Source: Elusimicrobiota bacterium
GTDB lineage: Bacteria; Elusimicrobiota; Elusimicrobia; Elusimicrobiales; UBA9959
Direction of reading: 5' to 3'
Length of the DNA stretch: 64,000 bases
NCBI GenBank assembly: GCA_016209085.1
Contig: JACQWV010000061.1
Coordinates: 21,710 to 85,709, forward strand
Both the position numbers and the translations under genes were made by a program. Numbering within the stretch: position 1 is the stretch's first letter; each line of letters opens with the position of its first letter. The notes under the pieces were generated by a model. That model was given only the letters and a program-made list of their open reading frames with translations, was not told where the DNA came from and did not search any database. Shown here in pieces: positions 1-10,166 of this stretch.

Positions 1-2
1 GT

Positions 3-788
3 GTTTTTTGCTGCATCAATGCTCCTTTTGGAAAACCAGGTATTCGCTATAGAAGCCCCGATCTTGTCGTTAAAGAGATCGGAGTACTAGTAAATAACTA
101 TGGAATAAAAAACATTAAAATTGTGGATGAACTTTTCGTCTTAAACGAGAAGCATTACATGACAATCGTTGACATGTTGATTGAGAAAGGCTATGACCTG
201 AATATCTGGGCATATGCAAGGGTTGATACTGTCAAGCCCGAGAATCTGCAAAAGATGAAAAAAGCAGGCATAAACTGGCTTGCCCTTGGAATTGAATCAG
301 CAAATCCTGATGTAAGAGACGGCGCTGAAAAGAGGATGAGGGTTAAAGATATAAAGCATGTTGTGCAGGCAATACAGGATGAAGGCATAAGGGTGATAGG
401 TAATTATATTTTTGGTCTGCCTGATGATAATTTGGAAACGATGCAGGAAACTCTGAATATGGCAATGGAGCTAAATTGTGAGTTCGTAAATTTCTATTGC
501 GCTATGGCATATCCTGGCTCGAAACTCTATGAGATTGCTATCAGGGAAGGATGGCAACTTCCCAATAAGTGGCATGGTTTTTCGCAACACTCTTACGAGA
601 CGCTACCTCTGCCGACAAAACATATCAGCGCTAAAGATGTCCTGAAATTCAGGGATGACGCTTTCCATAAATATTTTGAGAATCCGGATTATTTAAATAT
701 GGTTCAGCAAAAATTCGGCAGTGAAGTTGAAAGTCATATCAGGGAGATGACAAAAACGCGACTAAAAAGGAGATTGCTTGAAAGTTAA
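3..788 (+). CDS. radical SAM enzyme (B12-binding class), 5'-truncated by the window edge
   Basis: Frame 3 is open from nt 3 (VFCCINAPFGKPGIRYRSPDLVVKEIGVLVNNYGIKNIKIVDELF...). The track ORF 123..788 is therefore only the part after an internal GTG. A Cys-rich loop is followed by a radical-SAM-core-like sequence. A second radical SAM gene starts 40 nt downstream. Confidence 0.7.
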   Translation, partial: VFCCINAPFGKPGIRYRSPDLVVKEIGVLVNNYGIKNIKIVDELFVLNEKHYMTIVDMLIEKGYDLNIWAYARVDTVKPENLQKMKKAGINWLALGIESANPDVRDGAEKRMRVKDIKHVVQAIQDEGIRVIGNYIFGLPDDNLETMQETLNMAMELNCEFVNFYCAMAYPGSKLYEIAIREGWQLPNKWHGFSQHSYETLPLPTKHISAKDVLKFRDDAFHKYFENPDYLNMVQQKFGSEVESHIREMTKTRLKRRLLES

Positions 789-828
789 TTTTCAGTTTCA
801 TTCCGACTAATTTAATGAAGAAATCAGT

Positions 829-2544
829 ATGACAAAAGTACTCCTGATGAATATTCCTGGAGCAGTACTTCCATCGGATTATCCGCCAATAGCGATATCA
901 AGAGTTATTGAAGGGATAGATCCTTCATTGAACTGTGAAGCATCGTTTTATAATTTGGACTACTATAGACCTGATTTTGATGAAATAAAAAATAAGATTC
1001 AATCATGTGCGCCAAAAATTATTGGCTTTAGCGCAATATTAACGCCTTATTACGCCTACCTTAAAAGCTTGTCTAATTTCATTGGTGAAAAATTCCCGGA
1101 TATTATTCAGGTACTAGGCGGGCAGATGGCTGTAATATCTAATTTGATTCTTTTAAAAACAAAGGTTGATTTTTGTGTTATCGGCGAGTCGGAGCCTACT
1201 TTTAGCAATCTCATACGCAGACTCAAAGAAAATAATTTTGATATCAAGGATATGGGAAATTATACAGATATAAAGGGTCTTGGTTTTTTAAGGAATGATT
1301 TACCCTTTTTTATAGGGTACGAAAAGGAAGATACGCAGAAAGGTTTAAGGCAATTCAATTATAAAATAATGTCGAAATTTACATCTTTGGATAATTACAT
1401 TCATGGAGTTGATGGCCAGTATTTTAAAATCAGACTTGGTAATAGCAATATAAAACATTTTTTAAAATTACTCTACCACGATAATATACATAAAAATTTA
1501 GCTACTGTTTTTGCCAGCAAAGGCTGTGTAGGTAGATGTACTTTTTGCCATAGATATTATAAGGGATACAGAGTGACTGATTTTAATGAGCTTGTCAATT
1601 ATATCAATGCTTTAAAGAGAGATCATAACGTTGGAATGATATTGTTTTCAGAGGAAAACTTCGGAAGCAATAAAAAATTTACATCAAGACTTGTAGAATA
1701 TTTAAAAACAAGCGGTCTTAATTGGGCTGCGGGTGGTGTGAGGGTTAAAACTGTAGATGAAGAAACAATGAAGACATGGAAAGAGGCTGGCTGTGTACAT
1801 ATAAACTTTGGGATAGAATCCTTCTCTCAGAAAATGCTTGATATTATGGAAAAGAATGCGACTGTTGAGGAGAATATGAATGCTATTAGAATGTGTTATA
1901 AATACAAGATTTTTACTGTTCCTGGCATGGTTTTAGGAATGCCTGGCGAAACGGAAGAAACAATAGAAGAAACAATTAATAAGTTTTCGACGCTTATCCC
2001 GGATGATATGGATTTCCCTTTTGCAAATTATATTAATTTTGTTCAGGCCATACCAGGGATGCCATTGTATGGATATGCCAAAAGATTAGGCTTTATCGGA
2101 CGGTCCATCGAAGAAGAGGAGAAATACATAGAGAGTCTTTATGATGTAAATGCAAATGAAATAAAACATTATTTAAACTTCACCGATTACGAAAAAGAAG
2201 AGATAGCTTACTGGTGGTATTATGTTTATTTGGAACTGATTGCCGCATATATTGAAAAATTTGGTTATATAAATGTGTTAAAACATAAAAAGACCAAGCA
2301 ATATAAGGCTGGACTCATATATATTCTTTTACCAAGAAAGATGAGAAAATTTCTATTAAAATATATTGTGCTGGTTAAGGATTTTGGTGCCAAAGGATTA
2401 GTACATATCATTATTAAAAAAGTAATTAAAATATTTAATAATAAAAAAGCTGAAAGATTTAAAGAAGTTAATCGTTCTTTAAGGAAAATCAATTCGGAAA
2501 TTCCTCTGTCGTTGCGTGAAGACGAAGTTAGTCTGCCGCAGTAA
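829..2544 (+). CDS. B12-binding-domain radical SAM protein
   Basis: 571-aa ORF with an N-terminal Rossmann-like B12-binding-type region. CVGRCTFC matches the CxxxCxxC SAM-cluster motif. Its position at the head of a polysaccharide locus suggests sugar modification. Confidence 0.75.
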   Translation: MTKVLLMNIPGAVLPSDYPPIAISRVIEGIDPSLNCEASFYNLDYYRPDFDEIKNKIQSCAPKIIGFSAILTPYYAYLKSLSNFIGEKFPDIIQVLGGQMAVISNLILLKTKVDFCVIGESEPTFSNLIRRLKENNFDIKDMGNYTDIKGLGFLRNDLPFFIGYEKEDTQKGLRQFNYKIMSKFTSLDNYIHGVDGQYFKIRLGNSNIKHFLKLLYHDNIHKNLATVFASKGCVGRCTFCHRYYKGYRVTDFNELVNYINALKRDHNVGMILFSEENFGSNKKFTSRLVEYLKTSGLNWAAGGVRVKTVDEETMKTWKEAGCVHINFGIESFSQKMLDIMEKNATVEENMNAIRMCYKYKIFTVPGMVLGMPGETEETIEETINKFSTLIPDDMDFPFANYINFVQAIPGMPLYGYAKRLGFIGRSIEEEEKYIESLYDVNANEIKHYLNFTDYEKEEIAYWWYYVYLELIAAYIEKFGYINVLKHKKTKQYKAGLIYILLPRKMRKFLLKYIVLVKDFGAKGLVHIIIKKVIKIFNNKKAERFKEVNRSLRKINSEIPLSLREDEVSLPQ

Positions 2545-2546
2545 AC

Positions 2547-2647
2547 CCCCCGACTCTGTCGGGGGATGGAGGCGGCCGCCCAAAGGGCGCAAGCCATCAG
2601 GCTTGTTGGAGTTGAAGCCCCCGACTCCTGTCGGGGGAGTTTCACTA
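2547..2647. repeat. GC-rich multi-hairpin island bounded by two near-identical hairpins
   Basis: CCCCCGAC-TCT-GTCGGGGG (2547..2565) and CCCCCGAC-TCCT-GTCGGGGG (2628..2647) bracket GGCGGCCGCC, GCCC-AAA-GGGC and AAGCC-ATCA-GGCTT hairpins. The island lies in an otherwise AT-rich stretch. Confidence 0.7.
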
Positions 2648-2679
2648 AGAGAAAATAATTTACAGAAAGATTTGAAAAT

Positions 2680-3900
2680 ATGATTGCCTCAAAATGTCTT
2701 ATTTTATCATCTACCGAAAAAATTTGTCTTAATGATATTGGGAACGGGTATAACAGGGAATTTGTAAAGAACGGTGCAAAGTTTATAGATTATGAAGATG
2801 CATATCTAAAGTTTGGAAGTAAAAAGGTCTATGAATTTATATTAAAAAACATAGATGAAAATGATATAGAAGTTTTAATTTATCAAGCTGATTCAACTGA
2901 TTTTCGTTTTAGCTTAGAATTTTTCCTGTTGCTTCAGAAAAAGGTTTTTGTTGTAATGATGCTTGGGGACGCCGAGTATTATTTTGACAGTAGAGACGTT
3001 TACTATGCACAATGCGCTGATCTGGTAGTGGTCTATAATTATTCATTAAGATATAGATTCGAACATTACGGTATCAATGCTATCTCATTTTATAGTTCAT
3101 ATGATAAAAATAAATATTTTAAGATTAATAGCGTTAAAAAAGATATTGAAATTTCTTTTGTTGGTCAAATAACAAATTATGAAGATAGGAGAGAATATAT
3201 CGACTATATTGTTACAAATGGAATGCCTATAGAGATTTTTGGTCAAGGCTCTAAAAATGGCCAAGTTGCTCTGGGTCAGATGGTGAATATATTTAACAAA
3301 ACAAAGGTAAATATTAATTTTACGGGAATTACTACAAAAAATGTTTTAAGAAAAAGACTGAATATTGATTGTAGATTAAAACAGATGAAAGGAAGAATGA
3401 CTGAAATTGCTTTATGCTGTGGATTTGTTTTGAGTGAATATGTTCCGGGTATCAATGAAGTTTTTTGCATAGACAAGGAAATTGCAGTTTTTCATGCAAA
3501 GAAAGATTTGTTGGAAAAAATTAAATATTATCTTGAGCATGAAGATGAAAGAGAATCAATAGCAGAAAGAGGATATATTAGGGCTTTAAGGGACTATGAG
3601 ATAAGCGCCGCAATCCCAAAACTTATTAATAAAATAGAAGACTTCAGGAAGATTAAAGTAAAGAGATTGCAGGAAGTATATATAGACAGTCACTTCATAA
3701 GAAATTATACAACCTTTAGGGTGAAGATGATTGTAAAATTTCTGAGACTCAGAAAGTGGAAACTGCTTTGCGAAGAACTATCAGTAATTTTAAAGAATAG
3801 AAGGCTGAATATAATTAAAGCTTTGATAATTTTTATATCTGGGGTGGCTCCCTTTTTAAAAACTTGTTACCTGCGGGTAAGCAATGCCATTAAACATTAA
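2680..3900 (+). CDS. glycosyltransferase-like protein (CgeB/DUF3880-type), paralog 1
   Basis: 406-aa ORF. It shares architecture and motifs with 5345..6580 (D-I/V-x-I/V-SFVG, EYI-x-Y, K-I/V-N-L/I-NFT, SEY-x-P, basic hydrophobic C-terminal tail). The family assignment is by recollection only. Confidence 0.45.
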   Translation: MIASKCLILSSTEKICLNDIGNGYNREFVKNGAKFIDYEDAYLKFGSKKVYEFILKNIDENDIEVLIYQADSTDFRFSLEFFLLLQKKVFVVMMLGDAEYYFDSRDVYYAQCADLVVVYNYSLRYRFEHYGINAISFYSSYDKNKYFKINSVKKDIEISFVGQITNYEDRREYIDYIVTNGMPIEIFGQGSKNGQVALGQMVNIFNKTKVNINFTGITTKNVLRKRLNIDCRLKQMKGRMTEIALCCGFVLSEYVPGINEVFCIDKEIAVFHAKKDLLEKIKYYLEHEDERESIAERGYIRALRDYEISAAIPKLINKIEDFRKIKVKRLQEVYIDSHFIRNYTTFRVKMIVKFLRLRKWKLLCEELSVILKNRRLNIIKALIIFISGVAPFLKTCYLRVSNAIKH

Positions 3901-5341
3901 GAAAGACTCCAAGCTCAAGTCAGGCATTAACCTTATCATAGTACAGTTCTGCATGTTTTTTATCCCCCTGCTTGCTATACCTTATATTGTTGGCAGGGTC
4001 GGAATAGAAAAATACGGGGCATTTATTTTTTTCCAGGCTGTTATGGGACTGCTGTCTGTTATTGGAAGTTATGGCTTTATCCAGACAGGAGTCCGCGATG
4101 TGGCAAATGCCAGGACCCTGAGAAAACTTAATTATGAATATGCACTAATTTTTTATTCTAAATTTTTTGCTTTATTGGTAGCAATTTTTTTGGGTTTAAT
4201 ATTATTTTTATTTGATAAATTTAATAGTGATAAGCAGCTTTATGCTTATTCTTTTTTATTTCTTGTTGTAAATTTTCTGGATATATCGTTTGTATATCAG
4301 GGCATAGAGAAATTAAAAGACTATGTTATTGCAAATCTGGTTGGGAATATATTTTATCTGCTTTCTCTGTTTGTTTTTATCACCGATAAAAGCGATTATG
4401 TTTACCTGCCATTAGCGCTTGCTATACCAAGAATTATTGCTTCCTTATATTCTATAATTGCCTTGTATTTTAGATTCAAGATTGCTCCGGCATTCTTTAG
4501 TTTTGATGGGATAGCAAGAAAAATAAAGGAAGGGTTTAGTTTCTTTATGACAAATATATTTATCATAATTTATACACGCGCTACGGTAGTTCTTCTTGGC
4601 ATTATTACAAATAACACCTATGTTGGATATTATTCCATCGCTGACCAACTTGTATCCGCATATTCTATGATACAAGGCAAGGTGTCAACCGTGTATCAAC
4701 CCCAGATTGCCTCTGCCTTCAGGAATAATTTTTCAGGTGGTGTTTCTAAGGCAAAGGAGAACATGCTAGCAATCTCCATAATTGCGATTGCCGGGTTTAT
4801 TTTTACACAATTTTTTGCATACGATATGCTATTTTTTTTATTTAAGGAGAATGCAATACATTCCGAGGTAATTTTTAAAATACTATCGTTAAATCTTATA
4901 TCGATTCATCTAAGTTCCATTTTTGGTATCCAAATATTACTTGCTCTTCATAAAGATAAGGATTTATTAAAACCCTCTATATACGCTGCTTTTTTAAATT
5001 TGTCCATGGGGTCTGTTTTAGTTTTTTTGTTTAAGCATATAGGGGCAGCTGTTTCAGTTACTCTTATTGAAATTATAATATTTCTTTATTTTTACGCCAA
5101 GGTAAAAAGCTATGGCATTGAAGTTTTAGACAGGAGACTGATTCAAAAACTTATTACCTATACATTTTCTCTCGTTTTCCTGTTGGCTTTTTTAAAGTTC
5201 CTGTACAGTTCTATTGATATAAATATTTATATAAAATTTCCAGCCATTGTAAGCCTGTATGGGTTGTCAATTCTCGTCATTTTAAAATTATTGAACATTG
5301 TAGACTTTAAAAACAGGAAAATAATTGTTGGGCATGGATAA
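3884..5341 (+). CDS. wzx: polysaccharide flippase, Wzx/MOP superfamily
   Basis: 485-aa polytopic membrane protein with many hydrophobic helices and a PST-family-like N-terminus. It lies between glycosyltransferase genes. Confidence 0.7.
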   Translation: MPLNIKKDSKLKSGINLIIVQFCMFFIPLLAIPYIVGRVGIEKYGAFIFFQAVMGLLSVIGSYGFIQTGVRDVANARTLRKLNYEYALIFYSKFFALLVAIFLGLILFLFDKFNSDKQLYAYSFLFLVVNFLDISFVYQGIEKLKDYVIANLVGNIFYLLSLFVFITDKSDYVYLPLALAIPRIIASLYSIIALYFRFKIAPAFFSFDGIARKIKEGFSFFMTNIFIIIYTRATVVLLGIITNNTYVGYYSIADQLVSAYSMIQGKVSTVYQPQIASAFRNNFSGGVSKAKENMLAISIIAIAGFIFTQFFAYDMLFFLFKENAIHSEVIFKILSLNLISIHLSSIFGIQILLALHKDKDLLKPSIYAAFLNLSMGSVLVFLFKHIGAAVSVTLIEIIIFLYFYAKVKSYGIEVLDRRLIQKLITYTFSLVFLLAFLKFLYSSIDINIYIKFPAIVSLYGLSILVILKLLNIVDFKNRKIIVGHG

Positions 5342-5344
5342 AAA

Positions 5345-6580
5345 ATGAGTGATTTATGCAGGAGTAACCATATATTAGTCCTTAACGATTGCAAATTAGA
5401 TAACAGTAAAGCGAATGACTTTGCTGACTTTAATACCCAACTGTTGATAAAAAATTTTGATAGCGGCCATATAATATATTTCATCGACCTGATAAGAGAA
5501 AAGGGTATAAAGTATACTGAAACTCAAATATTAAATACAATAAGGGAGAATAATATCTCAATAGTTTTTTTTGCTCCAAATGGAAGCAATTATGAATTAT
5601 CAATTGAATTTTTTAAGAGGTTGAGAGATAAATCAAAAGTGAAAACTGTATTATGGGTATTAGATGACGAATTAATTTTTGATGTATTAACAAAATACTA
5701 TGCTCAGGTATTTGATGCAGTTGTAACATGCGATTATTATGCAACGTTTGCTTACCAGAAATTAAATATTCCAGCCCTGTATTTTTTTTCCAGTTTTAGT
5801 AAGAAAGACTTTTATCCAATTAATATGGACAAGGATATTGATGTTAGTTTTGTTGGTGATCGTACAAAGGCAGACAGGATGGAGTATATAACTTATCTGA
5901 AAACTAAAGATATTAAAATAGTAACTTATGGGAACGGAAGTAAAAACTGTTTTATAAGCAAAAGAGATTTACCAAAGATATTTTCCCGGAGCAAAATTAA
6001 TTTAAATTTTACAAAAATCGATAAGGTTAAACCATTTGCATGGTTTTTGGAAGATAATACTCTGACAAACATTATAAGGCAAAATAAAGGCCGGCCCATG
6101 GAACTTGCGCTGACAAATTCCTTTTGTTTAAGTGAATATGCGCCGTCGCTTGGTTATACTTTTGAGATAGGCAAGGACATAGATGTATTCTATGATAAGG
6201 AAGATTTGTTAAGAAAAGTTCATTATTATCTTAAAAATGACGACTTGCGAGTGCAAATGGCGAACAATGCATATTGCAAAGCGATTACGCTTTATGAGGC
6301 GGATATATTTATGCCGAGATTGGTTGAAAAGTTATGCGGCATTTTGGATAATCATGTGTATTTAAAGAAGGAACAAATAATATATAAGGATAGTATATTT
6401 AAAAAAAATCACCTGATAAGATTAACTACAATGATGGTTTATCAGCTATCAAAATTCAGGTTCCGGCCTGCTTTTGAAACATTTTTAAATCTTTTTCAAT
6501 ATGGTTTCGGTATTTTTTGTATTTGTTTTTGCAAAGGGATTAAATTATCTCTGGTCAAAGCGTTTTATAGAAGAATGTAA
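5345..6580 (+). CDS. glycosyltransferase-like protein (CgeB/DUF3880-type), paralog 2
   Basis: 411-aa ORF, paralogous to 2680..3900 with the same motif order. Confidence 0.45.
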   Translation: MSDLCRSNHILVLNDCKLDNSKANDFADFNTQLLIKNFDSGHIIYFIDLIREKGIKYTETQILNTIRENNISIVFFAPNGSNYELSIEFFKRLRDKSKVKTVLWVLDDELIFDVLTKYYAQVFDAVVTCDYYATFAYQKLNIPALYFFSSFSKKDFYPINMDKDIDVSFVGDRTKADRMEYITYLKTKDIKIVTYGNGSKNCFISKRDLPKIFSRSKINLNFTKIDKVKPFAWFLEDNTLTNIIRQNKGRPMELALTNSFCLSEYAPSLGYTFEIGKDIDVFYDKEDLLRKVHYYLKNDDLRVQMANNAYCKAITLYEADIFMPRLVEKLCGILDNHVYLKKEQIIYKDSIFKKNHLIRLTTMMVYQLSKFRFRPAFETFLNLFQYGFGIFCICFCKGIKLSLVKAFYRRM

Positions 6581-6652
6581 TTCCCAGATCCATGGATAAT
6601 GCGGTAAGCTGAAAAAAGCGGATACCAAGATTCAAATGAGGATAAAGGCTCC

Positions 6653-7972
6653 ATGAGAATTTCGAGCAGTTATGGCAGACTGTTTTACGTTGCGATGGCG
6701 CTCATGTATTGTCTTTTGTATGAGTGGGTGAATATCTTTAACATACCAGGCGTAACGACATACGTAAATATACTGAAGTTTGCCCTTCCTTTTTTGCTGT
6801 TTCTGGGTCTCTCGTCTTATTTGTTTCCGAACTTTTCTCTTCCCAAAAAATACCTCCTCTATTTTGCGCTGTTCATGGTATGGGGACTTGTCCCGAACGT
6901 CTTGTCCGGCCATATACCCGAAACTATGATGCAATGGATGAAGTTCATTCTCCGTTTTTTCTTCTGCTATGTCATATTTGCATACTTACTACAACGGCCA
7001 GAGGCGAAAACGGTCATCATGAAGGCTCTGGTCGCAATAGCATTAGGTAATGTTTTGCAGTATATGATTCTCTCCATGTACTATGTGCCAGGGGATCCAA
7101 GCGGGTTCCCCTTGCCGATATCCCAACCGACGACCTACTATGGACCATACGGCCTCATGGGGGACGGAAATGCCTATTTAAGTTTTGAAAACTTTAATCT
7201 CAGAATTTTCAGGCTAACGGGGTTTTGGTTTGAACCTTCGAGCATCTCCGGATTTCTTTTTATGGCTTTTTTTCTTGCGAAAGCGCTCTTTGAGCAAACG
7301 CAACAGCGACGGTGGAAACTGTCTGGGCTCGTATGTCTCGGAGGCGGACTGTTGACCTTCTCGAATGCAGGCTATTTAGCATTTGGATGCGCGCTTTTAT
7401 CCGGGTATATCGTGCGATTCAAAGAAAAAAGAAAAAACTATCTATGCAATATTGTCAAAGTGATTATTTTGTTAGTGTTTATTTTTCTCACTGTATTCGG
7501 CAGGGCGATCATTGCCGAGTATTATCCTGACAATATGGTCTTGCGGAATCTTTCAGGTGTTAGGGATTCAGTGGAAGATCCATATAGTGGACGAATTGAA
7601 CAATTGCAATGCAATTTAGAGATTGTTTTAGAGCATCCAGAGGGAATTGGTTTCAGGATCATGGGAATAGATGCAGAAGGAAGAGGAGTTGCTTACGCTG
7701 GCGCCGCTCCTTTTGTGTGGCTCGTGTGTACAGGTTGGATAGGTCTTTTTTTAATCCTTATGAGAGATGCCCAAGTGTTACGAGCAATGAGGAAACGCCC
7801 TCTCTCCTCCAATTCGATTAGCATTTTCCAAGCATGGGCTGTTTTGTTTTTTCAGAATTTCACCTTTGGGACATGGATGACTCCGCTCTATTTTCTGCTG
7901 GTTGCTATGGTATTTACCGCGACTTATTACCGCAATGATACTGGCACCATCATGAAAGGCTCTCCTGTATGA
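6653..7972 (+). CDS. polytopic membrane protein, O-antigen polymerase (Wzy)-like
   Basis: 439 aa with about 10 hydrophobic segments and one large loop, located in a polysaccharide locus. I recognised no diagnostic motif. A compositional jump to higher GC starts here. Confidence 0.4.
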   Translation: MRISSSYGRLFYVAMALMYCLLYEWVNIFNIPGVTTYVNILKFALPFLLFLGLSSYLFPNFSLPKKYLLYFALFMVWGLVPNVLSGHIPETMMQWMKFILRFFFCYVIFAYLLQRPEAKTVIMKALVAIALGNVLQYMILSMYYVPGDPSGFPLPISQPTTYYGPYGLMGDGNAYLSFENFNLRIFRLTGFWFEPSSISGFLFMAFFLAKALFEQTQQRRWKLSGLVCLGGGLLTFSNAGYLAFGCALLSGYIVRFKEKRKNYLCNIVKVIILLVFIFLTVFGRAIIAEYYPDNMVLRNLSGVRDSVEDPYSGRIEQLQCNLEIVLEHPEGIGFRIMGIDAEGRGVAYAGAAPFVWLVCTGWIGLFLILMRDAQVLRAMRKRPLSSNSISIFQAWAVLFFQNFTFGTWMTPLYFLLVAMVFTATYYRNDTGTIMKGSPV

Positions 7973-8964
7973 TAGTTGAAGAATGGAAGAAACGGATCGC
8001 TTGTGTGACGGGAGCCTCCGGTATGGTGGGGAGCCGGATTGTGCAAAGTCTTCTTCAACAGGGATATACAGTACGAGCCCTCACCCGAAGAAAGGATTTG
8101 ACGCTTTCGGGTGTTGATATGTCGGAACAGCGTCTCCGACGCCCCAGGTGCATGGGGCTCTGCGACATGCACTACGGTGATATTCGTGACGAATCAGTTC
8201 TAAAGTCTTTTTTGAATCAGGCGAATATTCTCTTTCACTGCGCCGCCGAATTGAAAGATGAATCAAGAATGTGGGATGTGAACGTTGCAGGAACGGAAAA
8301 TCTGCTTCGGTTGATACCGGGGGCTGGCATTACATATTTCTGCTATTTAAGCAGCGCAGGTGTTGTCGGTAAAACGGAGAGGCCCATTGTTGATGAGACA
8401 TCTCCCTGTAATCCCAGAAATATGTATGAACGTACGAAGTGGGAGGCAGAGAAGCGCGTTGCTAAAGGTGTCAACGGTTGTTGTGTGGTGGTCCTCCGGC
8501 CCACAAATGTGATAGATGAAAGGCGGTCTGGCGCCCTCGTGCTGCCGATGCGGAGCGGGTGGGCTGATTACCTCAAGATATTACTCAAGGGCGGAGAAAA
8601 CGCACACGTCATACATGCCGACGATGTCGCTGCTGCTGCATTGTATTTAATATCACACGCATCGGAAAACCCTCAGTGCTTTTTTGTCTCGTGCGATCAT
8701 GAACCTATGAATACATTTGCTGGAATATGGAAGCTCTATAAGAATTTCGAGCGAGCGGGCTCTTTTGATGAGAGCGGCCCGATGGTAGTGCATCTTCCTG
8801 TTGCCTTCCCCCACATGCTCCGGACCGTGATGCGCGGCGCATCGAACCGCGGCGACACCGTTTATTCTTCAAAAAAGCTGCTCCGTCATGGGTTCGTCTT
8901 TCCCTTGGGCTTGAAGGGAGCGATCAGACAAGTTATAGAGGAAAGGGGAAAGGTGACCCTATGA
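7969..8964 (+). CDS. NAD-dependent sugar epimerase/dehydratase (SDR)
   Basis: GASGMVGSRIV Rossmann motif and YERTK (YxxxK). The ATGA overlap with the upstream gene suggests translational coupling. Confidence 0.75.
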   Translation: MIVEEWKKRIACVTGASGMVGSRIVQSLLQQGYTVRALTRRKDLTLSGVDMSEQRLRRPRCMGLCDMHYGDIRDESVLKSFLNQANILFHCAAELKDESRMWDVNVAGTENLLRLIPGAGITYFCYLSSAGVVGKTERPIVDETSPCNPRNMYERTKWEAEKRVAKGVNGCCVVVLRPTNVIDERRSGALVLPMRSGWADYLKILLKGGENAHVIHADDVAAAALYLISHASENPQCFFVSCDHEPMNTFAGIWKLYKNFERAGSFDESGPMVVHLPVAFPHMLRTVMRGASNRGDTVYSSKKLLRHGFVFPLGLKGAIRQVIEERGKVTL

Positions 8965-10106
8965 GGGTATTGAATGTCAATTCATCAATTGACTCTCATA
9001 AGGGCGGAGGGATGGCCGAGAGGACATTCCAGATAAGTAGATTTCTTGCGAGAGCTGGAGTTGAATGTACTATATTGACAACTGACATGGGTCTGACGCC
9101 GGAGCGTGTGAGAGCGCTTGGGAACGTGGATGTCATTGCGCTGCCTTGCTTAAATCACCGCTTTTACCTGCCAAAGTTCTCCTATGCCGGTCTCAGAGAG
9201 TTGGTTGAGAGGGCAGACATCGTCCATCTTATGGGACACTGGACTTTTTTTAACGCACTTGCGTATCAGATAGTGCGCAGCCTCGGAAAGGCATATGCTG
9301 TTTGCCCTGCGGGAGCTCTTCCGGTGTTTGGCAGGTCGAAGATGATCAAGATGATGTACAACCAACTCGTCGGCAAGAGGATTATCCGAAATGCTGATTG
9401 CCATATCGCGATCACCAGAGGGGAACTTCCTGCTTTTTTGTCATACGGGGTGGATAGCGACAGGGTTTCCGTTATCCCCAATGGGATTAATCCGGATGAC
9501 TTCCTTGTGCGGGATGATACGGAATTTCGAAGAAAGTTTGGATTGAGTGAAAAACTTATTATGTTATATATAGGCCGTTTGAATCGTATAAAAGGTCCGG
9601 ACCTCCTTTTAAGGGCTTTCTGTAGCTTAAAAGATGAACTGCCGGAATACCAGTTGGTGTTCGCAGGCCCCGACGAGGGGATGATGGCGGAATTGAAAAA
9701 ACTTGTCGCTCTGTCCGATATGGAAGATAGAGTGCGTTTTATAGGCCACATTGGTGGTGAAGATAAATCTCTTGCCTATCACGCTGCAGAACTACTGGTA
9801 GTGCCTTCTCGGCAGGAGGCTATGTCTATTGTCGCACTGGAGTCCGGAGCCGCTGGAACACCGGTTCTGATAACCGACCAGTGCGGGTTTGATGAGATCG
9901 CCACGGTAGGCGGCGGCAGGGTAGTCCCTGCCACTGTTGATGGCCTGAAGGAGGGTTTGATTCTGATGATGGCGGATTGTGACGGAATGAGGACAATGGG
10001 AGCGAAACTGAAGCAGTTCGTCGAAGAAAATTTCACGTGGAACTTGGTCGCTGCCGAGTATATACATCTCTACCGCAGGATACTGTACAAGAAGAGCGTA
10101 ACATAA
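8961..10106 (+). CDS. glycosyltransferase family 4 (GT-B)
   Basis: EAMSIVALESGAAGTPVL matches the EX7E motif. 381 aa. Confidence 0.8.
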   Translation: MRVLNVNSSIDSHKGGGMAERTFQISRFLARAGVECTILTTDMGLTPERVRALGNVDVIALPCLNHRFYLPKFSYAGLRELVERADIVHLMGHWTFFNALAYQIVRSLGKAYAVCPAGALPVFGRSKMIKMMYNQLVGKRIIRNADCHIAITRGELPAFLSYGVDSDRVSVIPNGINPDDFLVRDDTEFRRKFGLSEKLIMLYIGRLNRIKGPDLLLRAFCSLKDELPEYQLVFAGPDEGMMAELKKLVALSDMEDRVRFIGHIGGEDKSLAYHAAELLVVPSRQEAMSIVALESGAAGTPVLITDQCGFDEIATVGGGRVVPATVDGLKEGLILMMADCDGMRTMGAKLKQFVEENFTWNLVAAEYIHLYRRILYKKSVT

Positions 10107-10166
10107 TTTAAATTTGTTATTATTTATTATTACTTTTGTGAAGATCATTAATTACATTAGCGGACT

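Noticed and set aside
7312-7821. Two plus-strand ORFs (7312..7530 and 7609..7821) lie inside the wzy-like gene in another frame.
   Set aside because: They are Arg/Cys-rich off-frame translations with no RBS or motifs. The frame of the membrane protein is continuous and hydrophobic.
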